DNA from: the human T2T-CHM13v2.0 reference genome, Homo sapiens
NCBI RefSeq assembly: GCF_009914755.1
Contig: NC_060927.1
Length of the DNA: 64,000 nucleotides
Reading direction: 5' to 3' (one strand)
Shown: positions 47,431 to 58,255 of the stretch, in pieces
Layout: every line of letters starts with the position of its first letter
Numbering within the stretch: position 1 is the first letter of the stretch
Notes under the pieces: model-generated
The model's input: the letters and a program-made list of their open reading frames with translations, nothing else
What the model was told of the DNA's origin: nothing
Databases searched by the model: none
Made by a program: the position numbers and the translations under genes

Positions 47431-49617
47431 CTAATTGTGAGGATTTAAATACATTATATTTTAAACAATTTTGAATCAAACAGAAATAAAGAGAAACTAA
47501 TCATATTCTAGCATGAGGATTTTATTTCTGTATAGCCATGTCACCCCATTAGAAGAGAATATTTTTCATAGGTGAGTAGTGACAGATAGAAGGGATACTT
47601 GCTTGCTGAAAGTTTGGAGGTTAATTGACTAATTAGAATGATGATTTCAAGGGTCTAAGAAGAAAAGAGGAGGACCTGGAATAAGTCCGTGACATGAAGT
47701 TTAAAGCAGGAGACAGAGGCAGAATGCAGAGGAAGACATGACTGAACATGGCAACTGAAAAGATAAGGAGAGTTAGCACATAGGATTTCGAGTTGGATTT
47801 TTACCTGGAAGAATTCAAGGTTTTATTTCCACAGTTTTAAATCCTTTTATGTTTAAGATGCAAAGTCCTTAATGAGCTATTTTTCCGATCCATATTCCCA
47901 AGTCCCTAGAAGGACGTCTCACTATCATTCAGAGTCTCATGTCTGCAAGGCTGGCTCTTTAATACTCAGTATGGTCTCTATTTTGAAATACTTAGCAATG
48001 TGACTCAAAGAACAAACCACAGTCATCTGTATCCAGGCAACAGCATTGATAAACACTGCAAATTTCTTTTCTACCTTATAGCTTGAGCTACATAATGTGG
48101 ACTAAAAAGAATATTGTATTCTATTCAGTGTTTCTAGAAATTAACAACTATAAACATAGGCACTCAAATATGCTCCTACCTTAAAAAAGAAGGAAGCACA
48201 GCTACAGTACAGAATCACTGTCATCTTAAATTTCTGACATTCTAGATGTCATCTCAAATGTAAACAGTCTGCATTTTTTTTTAACATTCTAAAGATATTT
48301 GTACATGCTTGTTTGATTGTATTGTAAGAGACCTAAGTATAAATTGAGTCAACCAATAAACCGCAGGGCTACTGCCTGACAATTTAAATTAGCTCCTTTC
48401 ACACTCCTTAGGGTCTGCCTGTCAGAGAGTTATCTGAGTTCCATATACAACAGTAGCCCAAGCCCATACCTTGATCACAGTAATTATCTGTTTTTATTTA
48501 TTTTCCCCTTGTCCGGTTTATTTCAGGCCTGGTTATTTTTCCATTCCAAGAGCCTATGCACCCATGTTCAATTACCTGGTTTCTCTCTAGCACTTGAGAC
48601 TAACTCTAGTTGCCAGATCAGGTAAACAGAAAATTCAAGCTAAGCCTGCTCAGTAGATGTAATCAACTAGTAGTTCCATGTAGGAACCACAAATGGACAT
48701 GTTTTTTGATGATAGACTGAGTTTTTAAGTGGGAAGACTGGTATTAAATAAATTCTATTTGGACAAATAGGTGAATGACAATTGTAATAGACACGTGAAT
48801 CAGTCAAATAATTTTTAGCATAATTGCAATTATGAATTTTGAGAGTTAGCCTTAACTCTAAAATTACTAATTGTTAAAGTTTTACATTCCTGAGTCAAGT
48901 AAATTAAGTAGTTGAATTTTTGGGGGGAAAATTTTGTGCATTTTTCTGAAAAGGAAAAGAGTTCGCTTTATAGTCATTATTGTTCTATTTTACAAAAATA
49001 ATAATATGTCAATGTGTTACAATAATAATTAGTCACACATCCCAGGAACTTAAAATGAGTGTCAAGAAAAGTGAGATAAAATAGTGACTATCTGTTAAGA
49101 ATGATTTAAGTGACATTAAAGGAAAAGCCTTCTTCTCCAAAGTAATCATGAAGTGAGGACTCTGCAAAATTGAGTTCCCCCAATGACTGGACTATAGTTG
49201 AGCACTTCAATGTAAAGTTTCGGCTAGGGTGATCTGAAATGGTTGTGCTGTTAAGGACATAACAGCTAAGTCAATTTAAAAAGAACTTTAAATGACTACT
49301 TCACTAGATAGCAAGGTATAGAATGCTGTCAATGTACATCACTTGAGTAATTAGCAAACTGTATCTCTTTTGAGACAGCAATTTATTTAACTTTCCTCAT
49401 TTTGTGCCTTTAACTTACCCACAGGATGTTGTTTGAATATACCGTCAGTAATCAAAAAGTGTATGCAAGTATATATCTCTCTACCAGGTCTGAAGACATG
49501 TTATTTGCTTGGTCAGTTGGCCTTAATAAAGACAGCTGCTATCAGTTTTTCCTAATATAAAACCCAGCGTCGTCCTCTAAATTCACTCTAATGATCAGTT
49601 AGTTTCAGATGATGATA

Positions 49618-49627
49618 TGGATGGATG

Positions 49628-49667
<40 letters not shown>

Positions 49668-49700
49668 TAGATAGATAGAAAGATAGATAGATGATAGATA
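49618..49700 (+). repeat. (TGGA)n(TAGA)n compound tetranucleotide microsatellite
   Basis: The repeat units are directly visible. Confidence 0.97.
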
Positions 49701-50187
49701 ACATACACATGAAATACACTAGAATCAGGAGTAAGAGAAATTCAGTGCTGAAGGGCAAAAATGGAGCTTGACTGAGTAATCTTGGACGTTTTGAGGCTAC
49801 AGCACAATAACTTCTACCCAATGATTTACTCTACTTTCTATGCTGTGGTTTAATAATGACATTTTTGAACTGAATTTATTTTCTTTAAAACTCTTTCTTG
49901 AATATATTACAAGACTTCTTTAGACTGTATATAAAGTAGAAGTTACTTTTCAGAGGAACTTTTTTTTTTTTTACAGCACTGTTGTTATATAAACACAAAG
50001 CTATTTGACTAAAGAGTGCATCTATAACTGGAATTACAGTGGGGATACAATTTAGTTAATGTAGAAATAATTGTCTGATACCGTGGTTCTCTACATGCTA
50101 CACATTGAATGATGATTATTTTATGAGTAAGTGAATTCTGTATGGATGTAAAGATTCATTTGAATGTAACTGGAGTAATTTGAATGT

Positions 50188-50213
50188 AACTGCAATTACT
50201 TTTGCACCAACCT
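50188..50213. mobile_element. Single MADE1/Hsmar1 terminal inverted repeat
   Basis: AACTGCAATTACTTTTGCACCAACCT matches the Hsmar1/MADE1 TIR. No partner TIR is visible nearby. Confidence 0.8.
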
Positions 50214-52266
50214 CATAACAAGAGTATTATGTTCTTATTCTTTCATTCACTCTCTCTCTCTCACACGCACATATCCTTTTTCCTTCAAGAGTTTTTCTAT
50301 CTAATGTACAGTAATGCTTCCATAATATTGTTTTCAGAGTTCATGCCAATAGTCTGTCTTTATAGACCAAAACATTTGTAAGAGAATCTTTCAGAAGTTT
50401 AAACTAATGACTCTGTCTTATACCAAAGTTCATGTGATAGCAAATAGAGTTAAAAGAATTCCTGCCATGCTTCTATTTTGTATTTTATTATCCTCTAATT
50501 TATATGAATATTGAGTATTTGCAAATACTTCTATCTAAGAAGATACCATAAAAATTTCCTTAAATTATTACGCAAATTCAAAGAGAATGGGTATGACCAG
50601 AAAAATTTGTTTATTTGAACTGTATTTTTTACAACTTTAGTCTTAAGGAAAGTTAACATTTTCAGGATTCCACAAACACAGACACACACACACAATGAGT
50701 TAGAGCTGCAGTTTTATTTCTTAGAATTTTTGATCTTGTAGGAAAAGAATAACTAAGCACTTTCATTTCTTCAAATTTTTCAAAATTATTCAGGAGAATT
50801 TGTCTTCATCTATTCTTTTCTACAATGATCCTAGAGAATTTCTTATCCATATATTCAGTTTGGTTATGGATTTATTTGCTAACCTGATAGGTAGTGTTAT
50901 CATGGTTTTGTTTTCATAAATGTAATCGATGTCCTAGCTTATTTTATAAAGAGATATATTTCAAATTGAATAAAATAGTTGTTATCACAATCATTGACCC
51001 ATTATGTTGAATTTCTATAAGTCTCCAATAAGAGAGAATGAATTTTTAAAAATTAGTTCTATAAACTTGTTGAAATTGGAAATTATATCCCTTAATATAA
51101 TCAATTTATATCTAATAGGACTCTAAATATTTTCTACATAATATAAAATAGTCCATAAGATGGAGTATTTTATGAAACACTTTCTAAATTTTCATTTATA
51201 TTAAATGCAAAAATATATTAGAGAATAGATGTTTGTTTTACAAGTTATAATAAACACACTAACTAACTATAAAAGCTATCAGGTCAGCTAAATGAGTGAA
51301 TATGTTTAAGATATTGCTAAGTAATATGTTTGACTCTCCCTTCTACAACTTTCATATGTAAAACAGTTACTCAGATCTTAATGCCACAATATTTTTTCTA
51401 TCCATCATCTTTTTTTCAATTGCCTTTGCCATTCTGTCAGTTCAGATCCTTAAACTCTCTCCCCTACCTCCGTTTTCTCTCCCCCTCATTTTCAGATTCA
51501 CCTCATTTTCCTACTCATTTTCAGATTTACTACAAAGCAGAGCTTTGAGCATTCCAGAAATATATGTCTGAACTTTTCAAAAACCTTCAATTATTCTACA
51601 CCATTTCCTAATTGAGTAGCTCCCCTCAGTTTGGCATTTAAAGTAGTCCTAAATGTGGCCTCAAGTCATCTCTGACACAGTAATTCTTTCTTAATCATTG
51701 ATCATCATTGATAAAAATGTACATATTCATATATATGCAGAGTTCTATATAATTTCATGGAGTTTACAAAATCTTTCTCTACAAGTCTTACAGAAATACC
51801 CGCCTGCTCTACACATGTCCATCCTGCCATTCTGCCACACATACATACCTAACATTCCAACCACATTTGACGACAAGCAACTTGAGGACAGACATGGTGT
51901 TTTCTGCAAGATACACGTTCACATGAACCCTATGATACTATCCAAATGTCTCCACTGAGTAGCTTGGCCCCTGGAATGTCTTCCCTGAGGTTTTCAGAAT
52001 GTTTGCCTTCCCTTTATCTGTCCCTGTTATCTGTTACCTGGATAAGTTGGGAGGCATTTGGGGAAGATAAATGTCATTTTTCAGATTTCAGCCACTACTA
52101 ACTATTCTTGCTAAAGTAAATTCTTTTGTTATGGTGGAAAATAATTTTTACTAATGAACTTGGACTGTCCCTACCTTGATTAATACAGGCTTCATTTGTG
52201 TTTAAATTTGATGTCTATTTGATTCACGTCAGCTCAAAACGTGTTTTCTAAATTTATATTTTTCAG

Positions 52267-52479
52267 GTTTCTTGAGTACAGGCGATCAGGCTGCAAAGGG
52301 GAACTATGGACTCCTTGATCTCATACAAGCTTTAAGATGGACTAGTGAAAACATTGGATTCTTTGGTGGTGACCCCTTAAGAATCACTGTTTTTGGATCT
52401 GGTGCTGGGGGTTCATGTGTCAACCTGCTGACTTTATCCCATTATTCTGAAGGTAACCGTTGGAGCAATTCAACCAAAG
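52267..52479 (+). CDS. NLGN1: Neuroligin-1 internal coding exon (cholinesterase-like domain), with alternative 5' donors defining splice insert B
   Basis: Acceptor tttttcag|GT at 52266/52267. Translates (G)[70 protein letters not shown]. Donors are GAAG|gtaacc after 52452 and AAAG|gtatta after 52479. FGSGAGG replaces the catalytic GESAG motif, as is typical of inactive neuroligins. Confidence 0.97.
52453..52479 (+). other. NLGN1: Neuroligin-1 splice site B insert (27 nt, GNRWSNSTK, contains N-glycosylation sequon NST)
   Basis: Two GT donors exactly 27 nt apart, in the same phase. The peptide matches the known NLGN1 insert B, which modulates alpha-neurexin binding. Confidence 0.95.
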
Positions 52480-55400
52480 GTATTATGCAAGGTTGCAAAT
52501 TTTGACAATTTTGGTGTCTGCATGCCACCACCATCAGTAGTATGTGATGCTCTGTATATTTCTCTGTTCAAACTGAGTGTTAGGTTGAACTCAATAGTTT
52601 AAAGCTTTGTTTCTTCAGTTTTTCTGTGCATGTTTAAATTTTCGTCAAACTCTTTTCTTTGTCTCCTGTGGAGCTTGGTAAGGATGCCCTTTCAAGCACA
52701 CTTCAGAATAGTTAGCATTACAGTTACTCTTCTTTCCTTTAAAGGGTGATTTGAAGAAAAAATCAGACAAAGACGTTCTACAGTTTTGTCATCTTTGTTT
52801 ATTCAGTGATCAAAATCAAAGATGAGACTTTTTACATGCAGGGACTGTATATAATCTATTTTCAAGACAATAGACATTTTAAACCCTTTATTAGTATGAA
52901 GCTAACGAAGCGGTCATAAGCTAGTTTGTCTGAAAACATGTGATTTCACTTGTTGTCTGAGTACAGAATGGATTGTTGATTATTTCGCATGCATGATCCA
53001 AAATTGTCAAAGCATCAAGGTCACTGGTAGAGCTTTTGATTAAAAAGAAAAATACATTTGATTCAGTGTTTTTTCTATTTTTAACTCCAAAAGCATTATT
53101 TTTCCCCCTAAACTTGGCAAGGCAGCATGGAGTATTGAGGCTGCTGAAATCCATGAAATATTTTTCTCGTTTCCATTTTCTGGCTTTGACATATTTTTTC
53201 CAAAGTGCCTGTCTGTCCAAGGCTTACCATGTTGTTCTTTATGAACTCCATCTCCATTTTACCATGCATAAAATCACCCATTCCAACTGCATTATTAATT
53301 TGAAATTTCACAAGAACAGAAGAGTATTGTTGGAGAAATTTGCAAAGCAAATACTTTTTCTGCATTATTTATGTATGATAGGAAGACAGATAATATATAA
53401 AAACGTACACCATCTTTCTTTTAATTTCTGATCTTTTATTGTCATTTTATATCCAAGAAAAAAGTATACACTGTCAAGTATAATTCATGAAGTGTTTTAA
53501 TTTGTAAGGTTGAGTTTTGTGATAGGAGCACCAAACATATGGTATTTGTTTTCAGTATCAAAAACACATGAATGTTGAATTTCAAAAGAACAGCCAGTCA
53601 TTAAATGAATCCATGTATTTGGAGAATCATATATAGACTCAATTTATTAACATAGTTTACATAACATTTCATTTATATTAGTAAAATTCTGATTCAAGGT
53701 GACAAAATAACACAGATGAACATTTCCAAGAGAGATTTCATCTGTAAAGAAATGGCTTCTTTTGAAATAATAAACTTAGTGTTTCTTTAATTAAACAGAT
53801 TAGATTGTTCTAATCTCAGTATTTTTACTAATGCCACTATGTAGCTAAAGCAACACTAAGCCACCTCTATAGGTTTCTCAGGGTCGCTTGCTCAAAAATT
53901 GACGTGAAAGCCACCTTTAGCTAGTATCAAACGGGCATTGGTTTAAGAGATGAGTCAGTTAGTTCATCAGCTAACACTGCCAGTCATCAACTGATGGCAT
54001 GGTAAACAGTAGGAAATGGTTATGCAAACAGTTGAAAATACAACATTTTATTATACACTTCAGGGAAATCTGTCTATCCCTGGAAAAAGACATCAACTTA
54101 GGTTTGGCCTAAACCTGTCTCCAAACTAAGCTGCCTGATTTTACCAGGAGATGCTGAAAAAAATCTCTTGAAATCATCAAGCTGATTCTGCCTCCAATGG
54201 AGATATAAACTTTAAAGGCAATAAATCCCACAATGCTCAGGCCTGGATATACCATGAGTCAACCCCATCTTGCATCCACATAAGAGGCAATTTCACTAAT
54301 ATGATAAAACAAACATACATTTTTCCCATATTTTAGGAATCTAGGTGGCATATTTTAGGACATATTGGACATGATGTGCCTTTCCTTCTCAATCTTTTTC
54401 GGTATATTTAGTTAATGTTGAGTCCCTGAGATGGGAAATAATATTATAGAAATCACCAGGTGCATTTTAGTTACACAATTTTTATTTATTAAAATATTTT
54501 CCTGAGCAAATGTTGATAAACAGCTACATAATTTTAAAAATTATCTGTATTTGTATCATTTGCTCTAGCATACTTTGTTCTAGTAAACTAAAAAATACTT
54601 ATAAAGATGTCAGAAAACCAAAACAAATGTATATTAATACTGTTAGATTTTTTTAATATCTTCAGAATTATATAGGAACATGTTACAGACATGTTGAATA
54701 TATAGGCATATTAGGTTAAGAAAAATCTAAAACTTTCCTTCTAATTCAGACAGTGCTTCAACACCTTTGTGAAAAGAGTTTTTATCTCATTAATACATAT
54801 GAATAATTAAGCATGTTTTTAAATAACTGAAGCACAAAGCTGTATTTGGAAATTGATAAAATTGATAATAAATTTAAATATGTAAAAGAAAATAAACTAT
54901 ATTTTTAAAACAGGAATTTTATCCGAAAAATACCTTAATGAGAAGATAAAGTGTGTTTGTAAATTTGAATGACATGCAGCACTTAACTGCATATGGAACC
55001 ATCATTTACAATTCTTAAATGCAATTAAAAAGCAGTGGACCATGTGCTTTTCATCTTTTATGATAAAAACAGTAGTGTACATTCAACAGTGGCAAAAGTT
55101 AAATCACCCCACACTAAATCTTTCTGCTGATGGTTTTTTCTTTAACCTAGTGAAAACACTTCAAAGGTTATGTCTTCTTCTGAAAGATGAATATTCAGAA
55201 TACTATGTCTGACATGAAGATCTGGAAAGAGTATGTCTAAAGTGATATTCTGTTTTGTGTGAATTCAGGGCCAACCCCAGGGTATAAACAAACAGCCAGC
55301 CCCAGTCATTGTATGAGCCTTCAAGAATTCTTTTTCAAATAACATCTGTTTAAAACAAATATAGAGAACCATTTTGAAGGAAGATGGACGCAGCCAAACT

Positions 55401-55812
55401 GGAGGAAATATTCCAAACAGACAATGTAGAGTCTGTTGGAGAGTTAAATAGGAGAAGATTGGCCCCATCTGGTTAATGTTGATGATAATATACGTATTTA
55501 CACACTCATTGAAGAACATATTTGGGACTTTTTACCACTACATCGTCTCCTTTTCTTCTTGCCTACTACCTCTTTGAGGCTTCTTGATCCCTAAAGCAGG
55601 TGCCACTCAAAGCACAAGACTTAGATCCACCTCTCTAATCCATTATACCCTGCGGTTGGCTTTGTGTACTTCCCTTAAGAAAAATATCTCTAACTCCCTG
55701 TTTCTTGAGCTGTATCTGGGTTTTTATATACATGTCTAAAATATCAGATGTTATTGTTTTACCACAACATTACCCAAAGATCATCTAAAATTCTTTGTTG
55801 ATTTTCCCATAG

Positions 55813-56602
55813 GACTTTTTCAACGAGCAATAGCTCAAAGTGGAACAGCCCTTTCCAGCTGGGCTGTTAGTTTTCAACCTGCAAAATATGCTAGAATGTT
55901 GGCCACAAAAGTTGGTTGCAATGTTTCAGATACAGTAGAGTTAGTGGAATGCCTACAGAAGAAGCCTTACAAAGAACTTGTTGACCAAGATATTCAACCA
56001 GCTCGATACCACATAGCCTTTGGACCTGTGATTGATGGTGATGTAATACCAGACGACCCCCAGATATTGATGGAGCAAGGAGAGTTTCTCAACTATGATA
56101 TAATGTTAGGAGTGAACCAAGGGGAAGGGTTAAAATTTGTTGAAAATATAGTAGATAGCGATGATGGTATATCAGCTAGTGATTTTGACTTTGCTGTTTC
56201 AAATTTTGTTGATAATTTATATGGATATCCTGAAGGCAAAGATGTTTTGAGAGAAACCATTAAGTTCATGTATACTGACTGGGCTGACCGTCATAACCCT
56301 GAAACCAGAAGAAAGACATTACTGGCTTTGTTTACGGACCATCAGTGGGTGGCACCAGCTGTAGCCACAGCGGATCTTCACTCAAACTTTGGTTCACCTA
56401 CGTACTTCTATGCCTTTTACCATCATTGCCAAACAGATCAGGTTCCAGCTTGGGCTGATGCAGCCCACGGAGACGAGGTTCCCTATGTACTGGGAATCCC
56501 CATGATTGGCCCTACAGAGTTATTTCCTTGCAATTTCTCCAAAAATGATGTGATGCTGAGTGCAGTTGTAATGACATACTGGACAAATTTTGCTAAAACT
56601 GG
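55813..56602 (+). CDS. NLGN1: Neuroligin-1 coding exon (790 nt; C-terminal part of cholinesterase-like domain)
   Basis: Acceptor ttttcccatag|GA at 55812/55813. Translates (G)[35 protein letters not shown]...[12 protein letters not shown]...YWTNFAKTG. Donor ACTGG|gtatgt after 56602. Phases agree with both flanking exons. Confidence 0.97.
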
Positions 56603-56889
56603 GTATGTACCTAAGGAATGAAGTTTATTTTTAATAAAAATGTTATTTTAACCATTTTAAAATAATAGATATTTATGCCCAGATAATGTCATATTGGATT
56701 AATACCTGCAAGATATTACATTCCTTTATTCAAAATTAATTCTATATTATGGTGTTTTTAAAAGTCATTGCTTTATTATTTCTGGTGTTTTAGAAGCTTG
56801 TTAAGAAAGCACATATCTCAATTGCATTACTTAATTACATCTGCTTTTGGTTTTTGAATTATACAAGACTTGTTATTGTTCAGCAGTAA

Positions 56890-57110
56890 TAAATATTATT
56901 TTATAGTGCTTTGTCATTCACAACACTCTTTAATCCTTCCAACTACCTTTCTGAATCTCGCAGATCAGGTACTATTAATCCCACTTTACAAGAAGGAGAC
57001 CTGAGGCTCTGTGAGTGTCATAGAGATGTTCACATGTCTGGTATATAGCAGAGCCTAGGCTCAAACCTTCATCTGCTAATTTAAAATCAAAAATCCTTTC
57101 CACTATTCCA
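56890..57110 (-). mobile_element. MIR element in the last intron
   Basis: ggtactattaatcccactttacaagaaggagacctgaggctc...gcagagcctaggctcaaacc matches the MIR core. Similar degenerate MIRs lie near 4340, 4610, 5970-6340, 19000, 20790, 29460 and 43975. Confidence 0.65.
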
Positions 57111-57432
57111 TGTCATCTCTGCTAGCTTGCCTATGAGACAACTCATACGTATGTGAGTATTTAAATAATTCTTTAAAATCTTTGGGTAGATAGCAGCCCA
57201 TCTCAGGATAAGCAGAGAGAACAAGAATGTGAGACTTACTTGCCTTCCATTATCACCCATCTAACAATATGCCTGCTAGGAGATTTATATTTCTAAATTG
57301 ACCCAAATTAATGTTAAAACACAATCTAAAGCATTGCTGAGTCATCTATTTAATTATTAGATGTTAAAGTAGTGTGATTTTAAGTAAAAAATAAAATAGC
57401 TTTATTCTCATAATTTATCTTTTCCTTCTTAG

Positions 57433-58255
57433 TGACCCAAATCAACCAGTCCCTCAAGACACGAAATTCATTCATACCAAACCCAACCGTTTTGAAGAAG
57501 TAGCATGGACCAGATATTCCCAGAAAGACCAACTTTATCTCCATATTGGATTAAAACCAAGAGTTAAAGAACATTACAGAGCCAATAAGGTGAACCTCTG
57601 GTTGGAGTTGGTACCTCATCTGCATAATCTCAATGACATTTCTCAGTATACCTCTACAACAACTAAAGTGCCATCAACTGACATCACTTTCAGACCTACG
57701 AGAAAAAATTCTGTACCTGTCACGTCAGCCTTTCCCACTGCCAAGCAGGATGATCCCAAACAACAACCAAGTCCATTTTCAGTGGATCAAAGGGACTACT
57801 CAACAGAGCTGAGTGTCACTATTGCAGTTGGAGCATCACTGCTGTTTCTGAACATCTTGGCCTTTGCAGCCCTGTACTACAAAAAGGATAAGAGGAGACA
57901 TGATGTTCACAGGAGATGCAGCCCTCAGCGCACTACTACCAATGATCTAACCCATGCACAAGAAGAGGAAATCATGTCCCTCCAAATGAAGCACACTGAT
58001 TTGGATCATGAATGTGAGTCCATTCATCCACATGAGGTGGTTCTTCGGACCGCCTGTCCCCCAGATTACACACTAGCTATGAGGAGGTCACCTGATGATG
58101 TTCCCTTAATGACACCCAACACCATTACAATGATTCCCAACACTATACCAGGGATTCAGCCCTTACACACATTCAATACATTTACTGGAGGACAGAACAA
58201 TACTCTGCCCCATCCCCATCCCCACCCCCATTCACATTCAACAACCAGGGTATAG
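57433..58255 (+). CDS. NLGN1: Neuroligin-1 terminal coding exon: end of esterase domain, S/T-rich stalk, transmembrane helix, cytoplasmic tail
   Basis: Acceptor tttccttcttag|T at 57432/57433. Translates [25 protein letters not shown]..., then TM segment [29 protein letters not shown] motif, His-Pro repeat and PDZ ligand HSTTRV. Stop TAG at 58253-58255. Confidence 0.98.

Noticed and set aside
53036-53431. 131-aa + strand ORF in the intron
   Set aside because: Non-ATG start, F/L/K/I-biased composition expected from AT-rich DNA, and no recognisable domain.
52272-57590. ORF-track starts at 52272, 55896 and 57590 read as three separate genes
   Set aside because: They are internal parts of spliced NLGN1 exons. 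The real boundaries are set by canonical AG/GT sites with consistent phase.
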